In this document: piece by piece, positions 52,243 through 64,000 of the stretch
How the letters are laid out: every line of letters starts with the position of its first letter
How positions within the stretch are numbered: the first letter of the stretch is position 1
Source of the DNA: Adineta vaga
Lineage: Eukaryota; Animalia; Rotifera
Length of the DNA stretch: 64,000 nt
Reading direction: 5' to 3'
Assembly: GCA_021613535.1 (NCBI GenBank)
Contig: CP075496.1
Location: 11,532,001 to 11,596,000, forward strand
Translations under genes and position numbers: made by a program
Notes under the pieces: model-generated
The model's database searches: none
Told to the model about the DNA's origin: nothing
What the model saw: only the letters and a program-made list of their open reading frames with translations

Positions 52243-55200
52243 CTAATAATATGGATCATCGGGATCCTTATCATAATTTGATGCAGGTCTTGGCAATGAT
52301 GGTGGACGACGCTATAAAGCAAAAATTAAAGCAATGAAATAAAGAATTGTTCATCCAATAGCAACAGAGATAAAACACAATCAATATTAGATAAGAAGAA
52401 GAACAGTTCAAATTGTTGACGATAGTAATAATACATCAAATGTCGATTTCAATACTTCGAACATATTCAATCGCATTTCATCTCAAGTACATACTTTACA
52501 ATATCATCTTGAAGTGAAAGAACATACAAATAAGCGTATAATTACAAAGAATTAATAGAAACCTCATGATCAATTGTTGTTCAACTCAAGTACTATTTAC
52601 TCTGATAGAATAAAGTGTTTGAAATACAAATACAGTCATACTTTCACTCACATCAATTTTCTTAGATACAGTTAAGCTAATAAGATAGTGATCTGTTGCA
52701 ATAGCAAAACATGCATAGAGTGTATGAGAAAAGAATGGAAAGACAAATCAATATAAATACAGTTTCATATACCTCCTCAACATTATCTTCTACTTTTTTC
52801 TATAGAGAAAAGACGATAGTGATCAGAGAAGAAGTAAAGATAGAAACAAATACCTCTTCGACGTCATCTTTGACTTTTTTCTGTAGAGAAAAGAGAACCG
52901 TGACAAAAGAAGAAGTAGATTAAAAAAAGAAATACCTCTTCAACTTCATTTTTTAATTTCTTCTGTAGAAATAAATAGTATATAATCAATAAAAATTAAT
53001 TCTAAAGGAAATTATACATACATAATCGTTGGTATCATCATCATCATCATAATGATCATCCCGTGGCGTTGGTTTGCTAACTGATGCAGCTTGTATAGAT
53101 CGTTGTGTAGTACCATAATCTTTACGTGTACGTTCCATATCACTTTTCCTATATTTAATAAAGAATAAATAGAAAATCGAAACAAAAGAAAGATCTTCTT
53201 ACATTCGAAAGTGTTCTTCTTGACAAAATTTCAAACATTCTTGTCGTGTTGCTGCGATTTTTTCATTCAGATTGAATACCTATATTCAACTTGTATTCTA
53301 ACAGATGATCGTTTTTTCATGTACTCTCTTACTTCTTGTGGCATTGTTTCTCGTAAACTCATAAGACGAACCATCTTTTGATCAACATCTCTTCGCCACA
53401 TATCAATATCCGTTTGTTTATCACGCATTTGATTGGTCATTTGTTGTTCAGTCTAGAAAAAAAGAAGAATTTCTTTCTTTTTATTTATAAAACACAAATC
53501 ATTTTCTACAATTAAAGCACATAGAATAAAATCAACAAACCTCAGGATTCCTTCTTCAGATATCACACATACTGTATTTTACTTACATTGTTTATACGCT
53601 GAGTCATTTGTTCTTCTAATAGATTCAAATCAACACGTAGACTGTTCACACGTTGTTCATGTTTCGTGAAGGTCTGTGATGTAATTTCATCATGTTGTTG
53701 AATAGTTTTTTGTAAATCATTACGAATCTGACAGATAACATAGATGCATAAGCAAAGCAGATAAAGAAGGAAAGAGCACAATGATACAAAAGCATACTTT
53801 TTCATTTAGATCACGTCGAACAGAAGCAAGATCTTCATTAGTAGGTAATGAAGAAACACGAGTTGTAAGATCACGAACCGCTTGAGCACCGCCTTTTATT
53901 TTATCTTCATTCTGTTGAATACGTGCATCTGTAGCTGAATGACGTGTTGCTATATCTCCTAAATTATTTGTTATAGCTTGAATATTTCCTTCAGCTTCTC
54001 GATGAGAATGTTCCATTGTATCAAGTCGTCGATTAATACTTATTATCTCTGGTTTATTACTCTATTATATATATAAATCTAAATCAGATAAATATGAAAT
54101 CAATTATTTCCTAACATACTAAATCACGAAGATCAGCGACACGTGCATTGATATTATTTATTGATGATTGAATAGTACCAAGTTGATGAGCAGATTTTTC
54201 TTCAGATTTTGTGACCATATCGGCTAATTCTTTATATTGTTGCTTTCTAAAATTGATATTTATTCTTATTTAGATTGAATTTTACTGACACTATCGACTT
54301 ACCGTGATTTAATTTCAGCATCAAGTACTTTTTCAATCTTTCGTCGATTTTCATCCGTTTGTTGTTCGATTAAAGTAATACCATCATTCAGTTTTCTTAA
54401 TGATTCTGCATTTTTTCTTGTTGTTTCCTATGAAGAAAAAAGGCGATAAAAATGAATTTCAGTACATAAGAATGTAAAAAATTTGATCAGTTTTATAGAT
54501 TAGTTCAAATAGATAAGAAAATAAAAAACAAATATGTTATTAAATCCATAATTATTTTGGTCAGTTACACAATGAAAATACCCTAATTTCATGATAAACT
54601 TTCGATTGTTCTTCATGTGTTGTATTTTTTAATAGATCCATTTGTTGTTCCATATCACTTTGAAATGATTGTAATTGTCGTTGACGTTGTTCATTTTCAA
54701 TTTGATGATTCTGTTTCAACAATTTTTAAGACTCATATTTTGTTTTTTTTGTAAGAAAAAGCGACGAAAACAAGTTATAAAAGCCTTTCTTCATTACCTT
54801 TTCAGCATCTTTTGCTCGATATTCAAATTCATCACGTAAACGTTCTAATTTATCTGTTGTTCGTTGTATAGTTTGACTATTGAGATCATTGGTTTCTTGT
54901 CGTAATCGTATTTGAACTTGTTCAATTTGACTTACACTTTCGCGACGCATATTTTCCATTGTTTTAACAATTTCCGTTTGAGTAGAACGAGTAGAATTAA
55001 TTGATGATTGAAGATCACTTAATCTAAATAACAAACATAAATCTATTTATCAAACAACTTGAAATGTGATTCAATACTTCGTAGATAATTGATTTTCAAC
55101 TAGACGACGATCTTCACGTTCAAAATCTAGACGAGTTCTTATTTCATTGAACAAATCTCGATATTCATTTATTCTTAAATGAAAAAGAAATGTTTTATTG

Positions 55201-56526
55201 ACTTAGAAAAAAAAGAAAAAATTCGACATACTTTTGATCAGTTGCTGCACGAAATGAATTGAAAAGAAGATCACCAGCATTGATAGTTTCTTGTTGCTTT
55301 CGTACAAGATCATTCTAAATCAAAAAGATATTTTAATCTATAAAAATAAATAATTTTTCAAATTAGAAAAATCTACTCAGGAACGATTCAAGCGTACTTA
55401 ACATTAATTACTATGGTAACTAATCCTTCAATACTCTAAATATTAATAAATATTTAGTAGTTCTTGAATGATGTCTCGTCTTTGTTAAATAAAATCTAGA
55501 AAACTTACTGTCAATCGTTGATCATCTTCTAGTTTTCTTGTCTTTTGTCTAACTTCATTGGTTAATAAATTTAAATTAGCTGTATCAAGTTCTAAACGAC
55601 TTCGAATAGCTCGTATTTCTTCTCCAATATTGAATTGTGTTTTTTCTAATTGTTCTCGTTGCATAGTATTTTCATCTAATTGTTTTCGAATACCATCCAC
55701 ACTGAAAGATGAAGAGTAAATTATGGATTAATTGTTCTCTTTATATGAGGAAAAAGAAAAGATTTTTCCAACCTCACTGATTGTGTATCACGTCGAAGAA
55801 AAGTATCTTTTTGTAAAGCAATTAATTGTTGTTCAAGACCTCGAACATTAGCAGTCGCAGTCAATGCTACTTGATGTTCATCACTAGATGTATATTCATT
55901 TCGTTTAATTCGTGCTGTTAGTTGAAGTATAACATCATTTTGTATGCGAATATTATTTTCAATTTGTTGACGTGATAGACGTTCCTCTTGAAGAACTGTT
56001 TGACTTTGACGTATCTGAAAAATTAAATATTTATAACTCATATGAATAATTAATGAAATCAAAGAAATTTACAGCATTAAATAATTCAGTTTGTAAACGA
56101 ATAACTTCTTCAAGTAAAGCACGATTTGAGATTTCAGTCATTTGTAAACGACTTTCTAATTGCTTTACTTTATAAAGAGATTGATTTAATGAATCATCAA
56201 ACCTGAAAAGAATGTTTTTTGATTTAGATAAAAGTTTTAAACAAGTAATAAGTTGTTACATTGGTGTTGAAATACCAGTTCGTAAAGGAAATAATGATGG
56301 ATTTGGAACTGATTGAGCATTTATTGGTGGTAAGGTTGGAGGTGGAAAACGGGCATCGACAGGTACAAGTTGAGATGATGTTGGGGATGGAATTATAGCT
56401 GGTTGAGGTCTATATTTAAGATAGAAGATGATGTTTTCAATCCTTTGAAAAAGATAATATCTCCTACGATCGAGGTAAGTCAGGTAAAATGGGACCAGTT
56501 CCAAGAAAGCGCCGTTGAGTATCCAT
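52243..56526 (-). CDS. Large multi-exon coiled-coil protein (tentatively CCDC154/FAM81-like)
   Basis: Pro-rich N-terminus, LESRLQMTEISNRALLEEVIRLQ, many heptad-rich exons, acidic tail and last exon RRPPSLPRPASNYDKDPDDPYY*. Confidence 0.7.
52773..52962 (-). repeat. Three tandem exon+intron units (about 81-82 bp period), each with a 27-nt microexon
   Basis: Exons 52936-52962 (KKLKNEVEE), 52854-52880 (KKVKDDVEE) and 52773-52799 (KKVEDNVEE), each flanked by AG/GT. Confidence 0.85.
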
Positions 56527-57717
56527 TTGTTTACCTACTAACTGAACAACAGAAGGAAAGTTACTGTCATTGAACAAATTGATAATATGTCATATATGAG
56601 ATCACTTACGCTCGAACCACTTAATAACTAAAAACTCTTAAGAATAACAATGATGTTGTTGAAAATCAGTTTTGATGTGACAAATTCATGCGGTGAATGG
56701 AAAGCGTTGCTGGGAGTCGACCTCTCTTTCTTCCTCTTGGTTACGTGATGATTTTTTTTCTCATCGGTGAATGAAGGTAAAGTAACTACACCTTGAACCA
56801 ATCAATCGTTTGCTGAATCATTAAAAGACAGATTTTGACAGAAGAGAAAAAATGTTATGACAACAATTCAAGTTTTATTTTAATAATTTATTAGTTGAAA
56901 AAGAACTGATAGTACTAATTAGAATAAACAACACATGTTTTTCTTACGATCAAATAAATTGTATTGTACAAATAAAATAGTTCTTTGACATTGATAAGGA
57001 TTCGGTGTAGATGAATTTACAATGCTACCTACCACACTCGTCAATATCGATTCTACCCGGAGATTGTTGAACTGTTCTCAATGCCTACATGTATGTATAC
57101 ATGATTGAATAGTAAGCTTTCATCATCTATTTCAACGAAATACTTGTCTCAAATTATGTCACAACCTATAACATCGATTAGTATTGAATAAACACAGTTA
57201 GTTGACATCAATTGATTGTTCAATTTAAGTTATGAGTAATTATACAATCAAAGAGAGTATTTATGTTTATTGAAACTCTCTTGAAAACAACTTACTGTTC
57301 CAAGGCTTCTTTACTCGTTTTTTAAAACGACATTTTATTCATGAATATACTATATGAATAACTATACACTTTACTCTCTTTCTCTGAAATATTAGTTCTC
57401 ACCTTATACATACAAAGTCGATAAATATTTACTGATTTAAAAAGAATATTTATTGTTGTCCACAAAACATAGAATAATGCACATTTATATTATTTATTTA
57501 CGCGAATACTGTACTACTTCAGTCTGAATGATTGCACATGAATCGAGCTAATATTTCAATAGACAACCTACACAAATGTGGACAAAATTATTTGTAGGTT
57601 CTCTGGAAAGCTATGTATTTTCGTTTATCAATATATATATATATATCATTTATCCGGTTGAAAAACACTGCTAATGTCAAACAGTTCGAATCACAACATA
57701 CACCGAGTATATAGTGA

Positions 57718-59361
57718 ATGAAGCCTGCATCTATGATAATAGAGTCGAACTTAGATCCGCGTCGTACAATTGTCAAAGAATTCAGTATGAATACATCAAC
57801 ACATGGTATTCCCGGTATTGTACGAAGCCAAAGTATACATAATCGACTATTTTGGTGTGTTTCATTCGTTGGATTCTTTGGAATCATGTGTTATTTTATC
57901 ACTCAAGCAGTTCTTGCTTATTTTGCATATCCAACGCAAACATCAGTAAGTTTTACAAATCAATGGCCACAACCTTTTCCGGCAGTAACTATTTGCAATT
58001 ACTCTCCGTATCTTTACGATCAATTTATTAGATCCTATTTGAACTATACAAATACTTTCAATCTAACAAATACAACTAATACAAGTAGAGATGCATTTAC
58101 TCCTCAACAAGCACTGTATATTAATGATTATCTTCAATATAAACTGAATGGAAATGAATCTATAGATGAGATTTATTTTCCACTTAGTTCAATGTTGATC
58201 AAATGTGTTTATAATGGTGCTAATTGTTCAACTGCTGACTTTGTTGAATTCAAATCTGCTACCTATGGCCTCTGTTATACATTCAATGCAGAAGCGTCTC
58301 ATATCAATAATGGTTCAATACATTATAACAATGAAAATGGATTTAGTGGTAAACTTCATTTGGATCTATATATACATCGCCATCAATATGTTCCATTTAT
58401 CTCTGACGGTAACAATAGTGACAAGAATCTATCATGTCATTTTCCAATTCGTCTTTTTTTCTCTGAATTTGTCTAATTAATTTAGCTGCTAGTATCGTAA
58501 CCATGATTCATGATAATACTCAATTACCTCTCGTTGATCGACTTGGTATTGAACTAGTACCCGGACGAAAGCATAAAATAAGCTATAGCACAAAGAATAA
58601 TGTTTTCTTACCTTCACCATATACAACATGTACTGAAAAAAGTAATCTCGGAATGCAAGCAATGTTTAATCAATTTTCCGGTGCGAATTATACATATGGA
58701 CAACAGATATGTTTTCAAGTTGCAAATCAAATATACACGTATGTATGATCAACATATTCAGAATATCTATGAAATCCATACATTCATTGTTTATAGATAT
58801 GAACAATGTGGTTGTGTTAGTCCTAGGCAGTGGACTACTCGTTATATTGTTCCTCTTGGTACTACAGATGTCATTTATGCAAGTATATGTAATATATCCG
58901 ATCCATGTTATTCTGCGGCAACCAATCGATTTCGGAATTCACCGTCTGTTACAAGTAAATATGCAGCAGACTGCGATTTAGAATGTTCGACAAATGAATT
59001 CGTTATTCAAGTATCATCCAGTTCTGCGCCACAACAATGGTATATGAATGATATAAAACAATTTGTTGAGAATTCATCTAATTCTTTACCTATGAATTGG
59101 TCAACAACTTGGTCAACTGAGATTCAATCGAATTATGTTGGTCTCGATGTTGTATGTGGATCAACTCAAGTGGAAAGTTATACTCAACAAGCAACGCTTC
59201 AAGCTGTTGATGTTATTTCAAATATCGGTGGTCAAACAGGTCTTTGGATTGGCATTAGTTTTCTTTCATTAATGGAATTTGCTGAAATGCTCTATCGACT
59301 TCTTCGATATCAGTTACATTATATGCAACGGAAAATTTGCAGAAAAATGACAGAGAATTAA
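57718..59361 (+). CDS. DEG/ENaC (ASIC-like) amiloride-sensitive channel subunit
   Basis: TSTHGIPGI, FPAVTICN, YGLCYTFN, Cys-rich domain and SNIGGQTGLWIGIS. Confidence 0.93.
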
Positions 59362-59860
59362 GTGAAATCTAGTTGACGGATGAATTATCATAAAACAGCA
59401 AACATCTCTTCTTTTCGTATTTAACATTAACATCTGTGAATTTCGATAGGGATTTAATATTTCCCAACTGCGATTATCGTGAATGTATTTGAAGTTATCA
59501 TGATCATACAATTTTATACTTAAAGAATATCTTTTAGTTCTTTCTACTTCATTTGTTTTGTTTTTTTCGAACAATTTTCACTTTTTATCAATCGGAATGG
59601 GAACAACTATCCTGAGTGTTGAAGCATAATTATATAAGACAAAAAGTCAAAAGAAATTTACTTTATCTAATTTAAATATAGTTAAATGTGAAATTTTATT
59701 GTATATGCAATTCTTAGATACAAGACAATTTCTTATCATAATATATATCTAAATTATCTTTGTTATACTTTCTCTACTCTGTAATTACTTTTGTATAGTG
59801 TTACAGCATGACGTCACCCTTCGTAGTTTCTGCAGCAGAACAGAATAGAAAAAAAGAATT

Positions 59861-59943
59861 TGCCAGGGATGGGGATCGAACCCATGCTCACTATTGTGAA
59901 TTGGATCTTAAGTCCAACGCCTTAACCACTCGGCCACCCTGGC
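59861..59943 (-). tRNA. tRNA-Leu (TAA)
   Basis: Reverse complement GCCAGGG..TTGGA-CTTAAGA-TCCAA, long variable arm, GGTTCGA..CCCTGGCA, followed by a T-run. Confidence 0.95.
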
Positions 59944-60435
59944 ACGTCCTTCTATACTCCAGACGATGGATACTATATTCTCTAAAAGAATTCTTCATCT
60001 TTGCAAATAATAATTTTTATACAGTTTTGATCTTTTATCGTTTTCAAAGGATGAAATATACTTAGTCATTAATCGGTGATAAAGCAAATAACAGAATAAG
60101 TTGAACAGACGAGCATATTCGAAAAACCATTTCATAATGAATATTTTACTATTTAATTATAACTGATGAGTTTTTTCTTTTATCGAGTATTTTGCAAAAA
60201 AGGACTTTTTTTGTCTCGAAAGATCGACTTGAACTACAATTAACTATTTTATCATGAAAATCGAGTTGATAACATGCCGTTCTTGAGGAAAAAAAAGAGA
60301 AGAATAAAAGCTTTTAAAGTAATTAAAAATATTTTAAACAAAAAATATTTCTCGTTTTCTTTTTTTTTCAAAGAAATAAAATATATGCTATAAAATAGAG
60401 TAGAAAATAACAATACACTCTATTTCTTCTCCAAA

Positions 60436-60807
60436 ATGACAAACATTGCGTGCTATCTATGCGTTGTGCTCTCTTGTTTAGTTCTCGGTATTTTCTCGGG
60501 CAACTATACTTATTATGATGGTAAGATAAATGATAATATAAATCCATTTTTTAAAATTAAATCTTCTTGATTTTCGATAGGATTTTCCTATAATACAAAT
60601 AATACAAGCAATCAAACAGTGCTCAATCAAACACTAAATACTTGCGTTTGTCAATGTTTATTAACAAATGGATGTGCAGCATTAACATACTACAATTCTA
60701 CTCGACAATGTTCCTTTATTTCGGATTTAAATATCACTGAAAGTGAAGTTAGTTTGACAAGTGGAGCAACTTTATTGTTGGTGAATGCAAAGCTCGTTTA
60801 TAATTAA
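60436..60807 (+). CDS. Small secreted PAN/apple-domain-like protein
   Basis: Signal peptide, one intron, C-x-C-x-C...C.ALTYYNSTRQC pattern and several N-glycosylation sequons. Confidence 0.65.
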
Positions 60808-61338
60808 GAACACCTGCCATAGAATGGATATTGATAAACATGAATTCTCTATTTCAGCTTTCTGTCATTGAAATAAAACTTCAGTTCTTATTGGTCTTTT
60901 CTATTTATAATACAACGTTTCTTTTCTTCTCTTTTTTCAAATAAGAAAAAGAATAATTGATAACTAATTTGCTTTGAATTTCAAGTACCTGTCAGTTGTT
61001 AATCTAAATGAAAAGACTTATTCTTTCGAACTAATCACATATTATTTTTCAATTCAGATCAACGAGTACCAATTTCAGATAATGAAGAGGAAAACAATCA
61101 CCTTAAAAATACGCATGTAATAATCACGTATTACAATTACATAGAAAGTTTGAAGTTTGTAATGGCAAGTGATAAATCGATTGAGAAAAGATGTTTACCA
61201 TTGTGTTTAATATTAAATGATCTGTACAAGAGGAAAAAACTGCGTCCTCTTTATTCGTTAGACGTTCGAAGTGTATGTACAGAAAAAAGAAGAAGAAGAA
61301 GAACGAAAACAAACAAATAAAACATGTCCTTTTTGTTT

Positions 61339-62993
61339 TCAATGAATTGTAAATGTTGGATAAAATTTAACAACAGTTGGTGTTGATCCATTCGTTAGTA
61401 ATTCGATTTTTAAAGGAGATTTTTTAAATGATGAATTCGATGCTAAATGATGTATTGCATGATGACTTGTGCCATTAGCAGCAGCATGAAATGTTGATAT
61501 TAATGGATTACCTTTAATTCCACTACTACTCACCGTACTACTATTTTCACGTTTTGAAAATTTTCGAAGATGTTCGGGACGATGTGAATGTTTATAATAT
61601 TGAACAACGGGATTTTCATCCATCGCAGCATGACCAGCAATAATTAGACCATTGGATAAATAACTATTTGTTTGTTTTATTCGTCCGAAATGTTTGATTA
61701 AATCCATAAGACATAAACGAAAATTTTTTCCACATAGAGAATAAAGAAAAAAATTTATCGCAAAATTCGTATAAAATAAATAAAATGTAAACATTTCAAT
61801 AATCGATTCAGTGGAAGATTTTTCATCATATGTATCATCATTAGAGAAGAAGAAATAATACACTTTTAAGAGATGCATAGGTGTATTAAGTAATAAAAAT
61901 GTTGTAGAAATAATAAGTAACATTTTCGTTATACGTCGATGATATTTTGAACGACGTAAACGATGTTCTAAAAGATTATGTAAAATATATGTTGATGGTT
62001 GAATATAATTACGTTCTAATAGACGATCATATTGACCAGATTTAAGAATAATTAACGAATTAAATGTAACAATAGTTAGAAAAGGAATGATAAATGTTAG
62101 AAAAAAATCGATTATATTCATTTGACGAGTAAAACGAAGCCAAGGACGTAAAGTAACACAACGTTTTTCATAGGATGGTACTGTTATTCGTTCGGAATTC
62201 GCTGTTTCAATACCTGATGTCCATAAAGCAGGAGAATAGAGAAATAACGCGAGAAATGTAAGTAATACAACAGCATAACGTGTCCGCGTTGCAGAATTAT
62301 ATTGAGATCGTTTTAAAGGATAAGCAACAACAACATAACGTTCGGTAGTAAATGCAACGGTAAACCTAAAACGAAAAGGTTTTATTTCTAAAACTATTCT
62401 CATTTCTATTTGTAAAACTCTCTGATTCTTTTTAAATTTTAATACGTTAATAATAAAGTTTAAGAATATCATACACGTTCGATACACGATTATTATACAT
62501 AATATTTATGAAATAATTAGATATTCTTTAGAATTTTCAAACAATGTACTTACCATACGGATAATGAACTGAAAACTGTTGTTAAATATACTGTTATTTG
62601 ACAAATTCCACTATTATGAAAGATAAAAACATGAATATTTTCAAGCCAAATCAATCCCAAACAAATCAAATATCCATTATCCGATATCGATAAAGCTGTT
62701 AGATATAAACTACAACTCAAACGTCTAAAATCAAAGAATCTTTTTCTTCTCAATTTCAAATCATTTTCATTTTATTGTTACCTAAGTTTACTTCGAACAA
62801 ATACATAACATGATATTGAATTACCAACAAAACCAAGAATAATAACAATTGCCATATAGATAACACCAAAACGTTTAAGTAAATGTTGAAAATATTTTAC
62901 TGAACTAATATTTGAATCTATATTTTGCATTCCTATCGTAACCACAGGTAGAATAGGTGGCTCCACATAAATAGTCGCATTTAATTTTAACAT
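61339..62993 (-). CDS. Class A neuropeptide-type GPCR (FMRFamide/TRH-receptor-like)
   Basis: GFVGNSIS, YLTALSISD, FTTERYVVVAYPL, LLNTPMH and NFAINFFLYSLCGKNFR across 3 coding exons. Confidence 0.88.
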
Positions 62994-64000
62994 GTTCTGT
63001 TTTTCTATCTACAAATGAAAAATCAAAATAAATCCGTTGGATTAATATCTTTATCTTTCGGTCTTACAATAGACGCAATTAATATAATTTGGAAATCTAG
63101 ATTGATAAAATTCTGATATCATGCAAAATAAACTAAGTCTTAATTCCAAATTTATCCGCTTATAATAAATAGTGTAGGCGAAGTGGAAATAATTACTAAT
63201 TACTATGAACACGGGATCTCGTTTCATCTTCTGTTTGTTCAGTAAGATACAAAGAAGAGATTTACCTATTCATAGTTATGATGTCACAAAGTTAGGCAGA
63301 AAAAATACACAGTAGGAAAGCAAAACAGCAAGATTCATAAACAAAGAATATATCATTAATTGTTCTCGTTAGTCAATCAGAAGTATACAAGAAAAACTAA
63401 TGAAATACAATGAAATTTCTCTTCAAACAAACCTTCGACTTGTCATCGAACTATTCATTTTCCTTATTTCGAATATTAATCTATATCGAATTATATTCAA
63501 GCTCTTATCAGTCTAGTCTAATATCAAATAAAGCAATCTATTCAACTTGTACTTCTTGTTGAATCAATTATATAAGAATCAAGAACAAAATTCTCAAATA
63601 TCTCTCGCCTACTCTCATTAGACTTGTTCCTTCTCATGATCACAATATTCTCTAGAGCCTTGTTACAAAGAATACGATATTATTTAATCGAGATTTTCTT
63701 TCTTCTCTCTCATTTGCTATCTTTCTCTCTCTCTCTCTCGCTCTCTTTCTGTTACGCTTATTTTTTTTCTCAAACAAGTTCGTCTACAAACATTATCAGA
63801 CACCTCAGATTGCGAATATGAATAGAGTTTCTAATGAAAAAAGAATCTGGTTGATTATTACGAAGTTAGAAGTACATACACACATACCTACAATGAAAAA
63901 CAAAGAAAATGATATGGTGCATATGTAATTTTTCAAATATTAATTAGTTAATTCATTATTATCATCTAGATATTCAATATCTTTGTTTTATTTATATCAA

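Noticed and set aside
52711-52923. Plus-strand ORF with an internal repeat
   Set aside because: It is the antisense shadow of the duplicated microexon units.
59808-60065. 85-aa plus-strand ORF
   Set aside because: It overlaps tRNA-Leu in antisense and is spurious.

Overview
This is AT-rich, gene-dense animal genomic DNA with very short (about 50-65 bp) GT-AG introns. Intron size, compact gene spacing, DEG/ENaC and GPCR content, and intron-bearing genes of bacterial, fungal or plant type point to a bdelloid rotifer (Adineta/Rotaria-like); the taxon is inferred, not proven. The main finding is a compact three-gene mycosporine (UV-sunscreen/antioxidant) biosynthetic cluster at about 16.9-22.2 kb: an O-methyltransferase and a demethyl-4-deoxygadusol synthase (DDGS/MysA) on the minus strand, divergent from an ATP-grasp ligase (MysC) on the plus strand. 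All three are intact, carry spliceosomal introns and sit among ordinary metazoan genes. The MysC has changes in normally conserved motifs and the O-MT looks COMTD1-like rather than MysB-like, so the cluster may be a mosaic making a non-canonical mycosporine. Other candidate horizontally acquired genes are a YajO-like aldo-keto reductase, a four-domain hevein lectin and a DUF1304 membrane protein. Host genes include dynamin, SLC25A44, SLC46, SLC16, TBC1D16, an ABCB half transporter, TMEM50, ENT4, two GPCRs, DEG/ENaC, a long coiled-coil protein and two tRNAs. Orphans include a prohormone-like precursor and a Gly/His-rich repeat hydrophilin. Family assignments come from motif recognition, not database searches, and exon structures were spliced by hand.
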